Shown here one piece after another: positions 62,846 to 64,000 of a DNA stretch of 64,000 nucleotides (its first letter is position 1; every line of letters begins with the position of its first letter). The notes below the pieces were generated by a model that was given only the letters and a program-made list of their open reading frames with translations, was not told the DNA's origin and did no database searches. The translations under genes and the position numbers were made by a program. Location of the stretch: NCBI RefSeq assembly GCF_018977255.1, contig NW_024704743.1:44890001-44954000 (forward strand), read 5' to 3'. Source of the stretch: Callorhinchus milii (lineage: Eukaryota).

Positions 62846-64000
62846 TTTTGTTAAAATGTCAGCAATTACAGTCACGGCATATTACAAATCCTTCCAACGG
62901 ACTTTAATCTCAATCGCTATTTAATTACAATTTCTGACACATCATTGTAATGTTTCGTTGTCATGTGTTATATTCTAATGACAAATCACAATAAGTATAT
63001 GAAACATAAGCTATGACATTCCCCTTTAATGGGGAGTGAAGTCCTGATACAAGGTGGAACAATGCAGCTTTTGTTGAAGTCACAAGATTCAATCACAGGA
63101 GTTAGACATCTGTCGCTGTCCAACATGCCAGCCCCACCGGCAAAAAAAANTCACAATGTGTACATTAAACAGCAGCAACTAACGCTGTGTTTGTATCTGT
63201 TATGAACAATATCATCATAGTCTGGAGTGTGTTCTAAAGCATAAATATATCATGGTCTGAAGATAAAGCTGATAAATCACATGAGTTTCACCTCACAGTT
63301 TATGTTGTCACCTCAGCCTCAAAGTGTTACTATAGTATCTTGTAACACACTCCAGATGCTCTCTTATCCTATGTGTAAATATTCTCATTTCTACACAATC
63401 CATCTGCTGGTGTGTATCAGTTATTCACTCTCAAAAGCCATCCTTTATCACTAATATTGATACAGTAGGTACTTTCTTGGGGGGGGAGGGGGGGGGGCAG
63501 GTGAGCAGGATCTCTTTGGAGCTGAACTGGCTCCAAGGTGACATGCTTGGCAATGGAGGGTTGAAATCCAGCTAGCCTTCTGTGGCACTCTCGGTAGTCC
63601 AGTTCCCGAGCCAGGTGAGTCCAGAGTATTCCAGAGCACTGCTGATGACAGCACAACCACCATGGCTCATTAGCGGGACCTGGAAGTACAGACAAATCAC
63701 TGGGGACAGGGAGTCATCCCACTGGGCTCCTGTTAACCCTGCAAGCCAAAGCCCTAATGAGTAGGTTGTTCCTAGATGGACAAGCAGCGGGAAAGCTTTC
63801 CGGACAGCAATATCACTGGCAAGATGTGTGGTTTTAGCTGGTTAGACTCCAGCAGTCCCCCAACACACACTCTGGAGTCCCAAGCCTTGGTAAGCAGGAT
63901 GTGTCCCTCCAGAGAGAGTGCGCATTCCATTCCAATAAATATCTTGTGATTCCATGTCGGATGCATGGAACTCTGAATTTGGTTTGGATATTTTTAAGCA

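Larger units (their letters stand above)
26158..64000 (+). other. RARB: RARB intron downstream of the beta1 exon (continues beyond window)
   Basis: GTGAGT donor at 26158; no IETQSTSSEE/zinc-finger exon or beta2 exon (MFDCMDVL...) recognised downstream. Confidence 0.7.

Noticed and set aside
63490..63620. Strong donors CAG|GTGAGC and CAG|GTGAGT as a RAR-beta2 or other exon
   Set aside because: Nearby ATGs hit stops, there is no similarity to the beta2 A region, and no DR5/TATA was seen.
1..64000. CRISPR array, operon or other prokaryotic system
   Set aside because: No regularly spaced repeat-spacer array or dense ORFs; the sequence is vertebrate intronic/upstream DNA.

Overview
Vertebrate genomic DNA; the repeat content suggests a cartilaginous fish, probably a holocephalan, though this is inference. 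The window lies in the 5' part of retinoic acid receptor beta (RARB) on the + strand. One exon is confidently identified: 25731-26157, coding 25980-26157 for the RAR-beta1 A region and ending in a phase-1 GTGAGT donor. No RAR-beta2 exon, beta-RARE or DNA-binding-domain exon was seen. The rest is non-coding: many 5'-truncated L2 and CR1 LINE fragments, a young tRNA-Ala-derived SINE (long and short forms), an older DeuSINE-like family, a palindromic MITE-like family, and unique stretches that look regulatory. Most notable observations: (1) an in-frame upstream ATG plus an internal phase-1 GTAAGT donor in the RARB exon that could give extra N-terminal isoforms; (2) a modular SINE (tRNA + CORE-like + Deu-like + L2 tail) sharing a covarying 3' stem-loop with its partner LINE; (3) a palindrome with decayed hammerhead-ribozyme cores; (4) an LF-SINE-like relic; (5) several local inverted or direct duplications recording template switching or repair. 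Family names come from remembered consensus sequences, not database searches; repeat boundaries are approximate.
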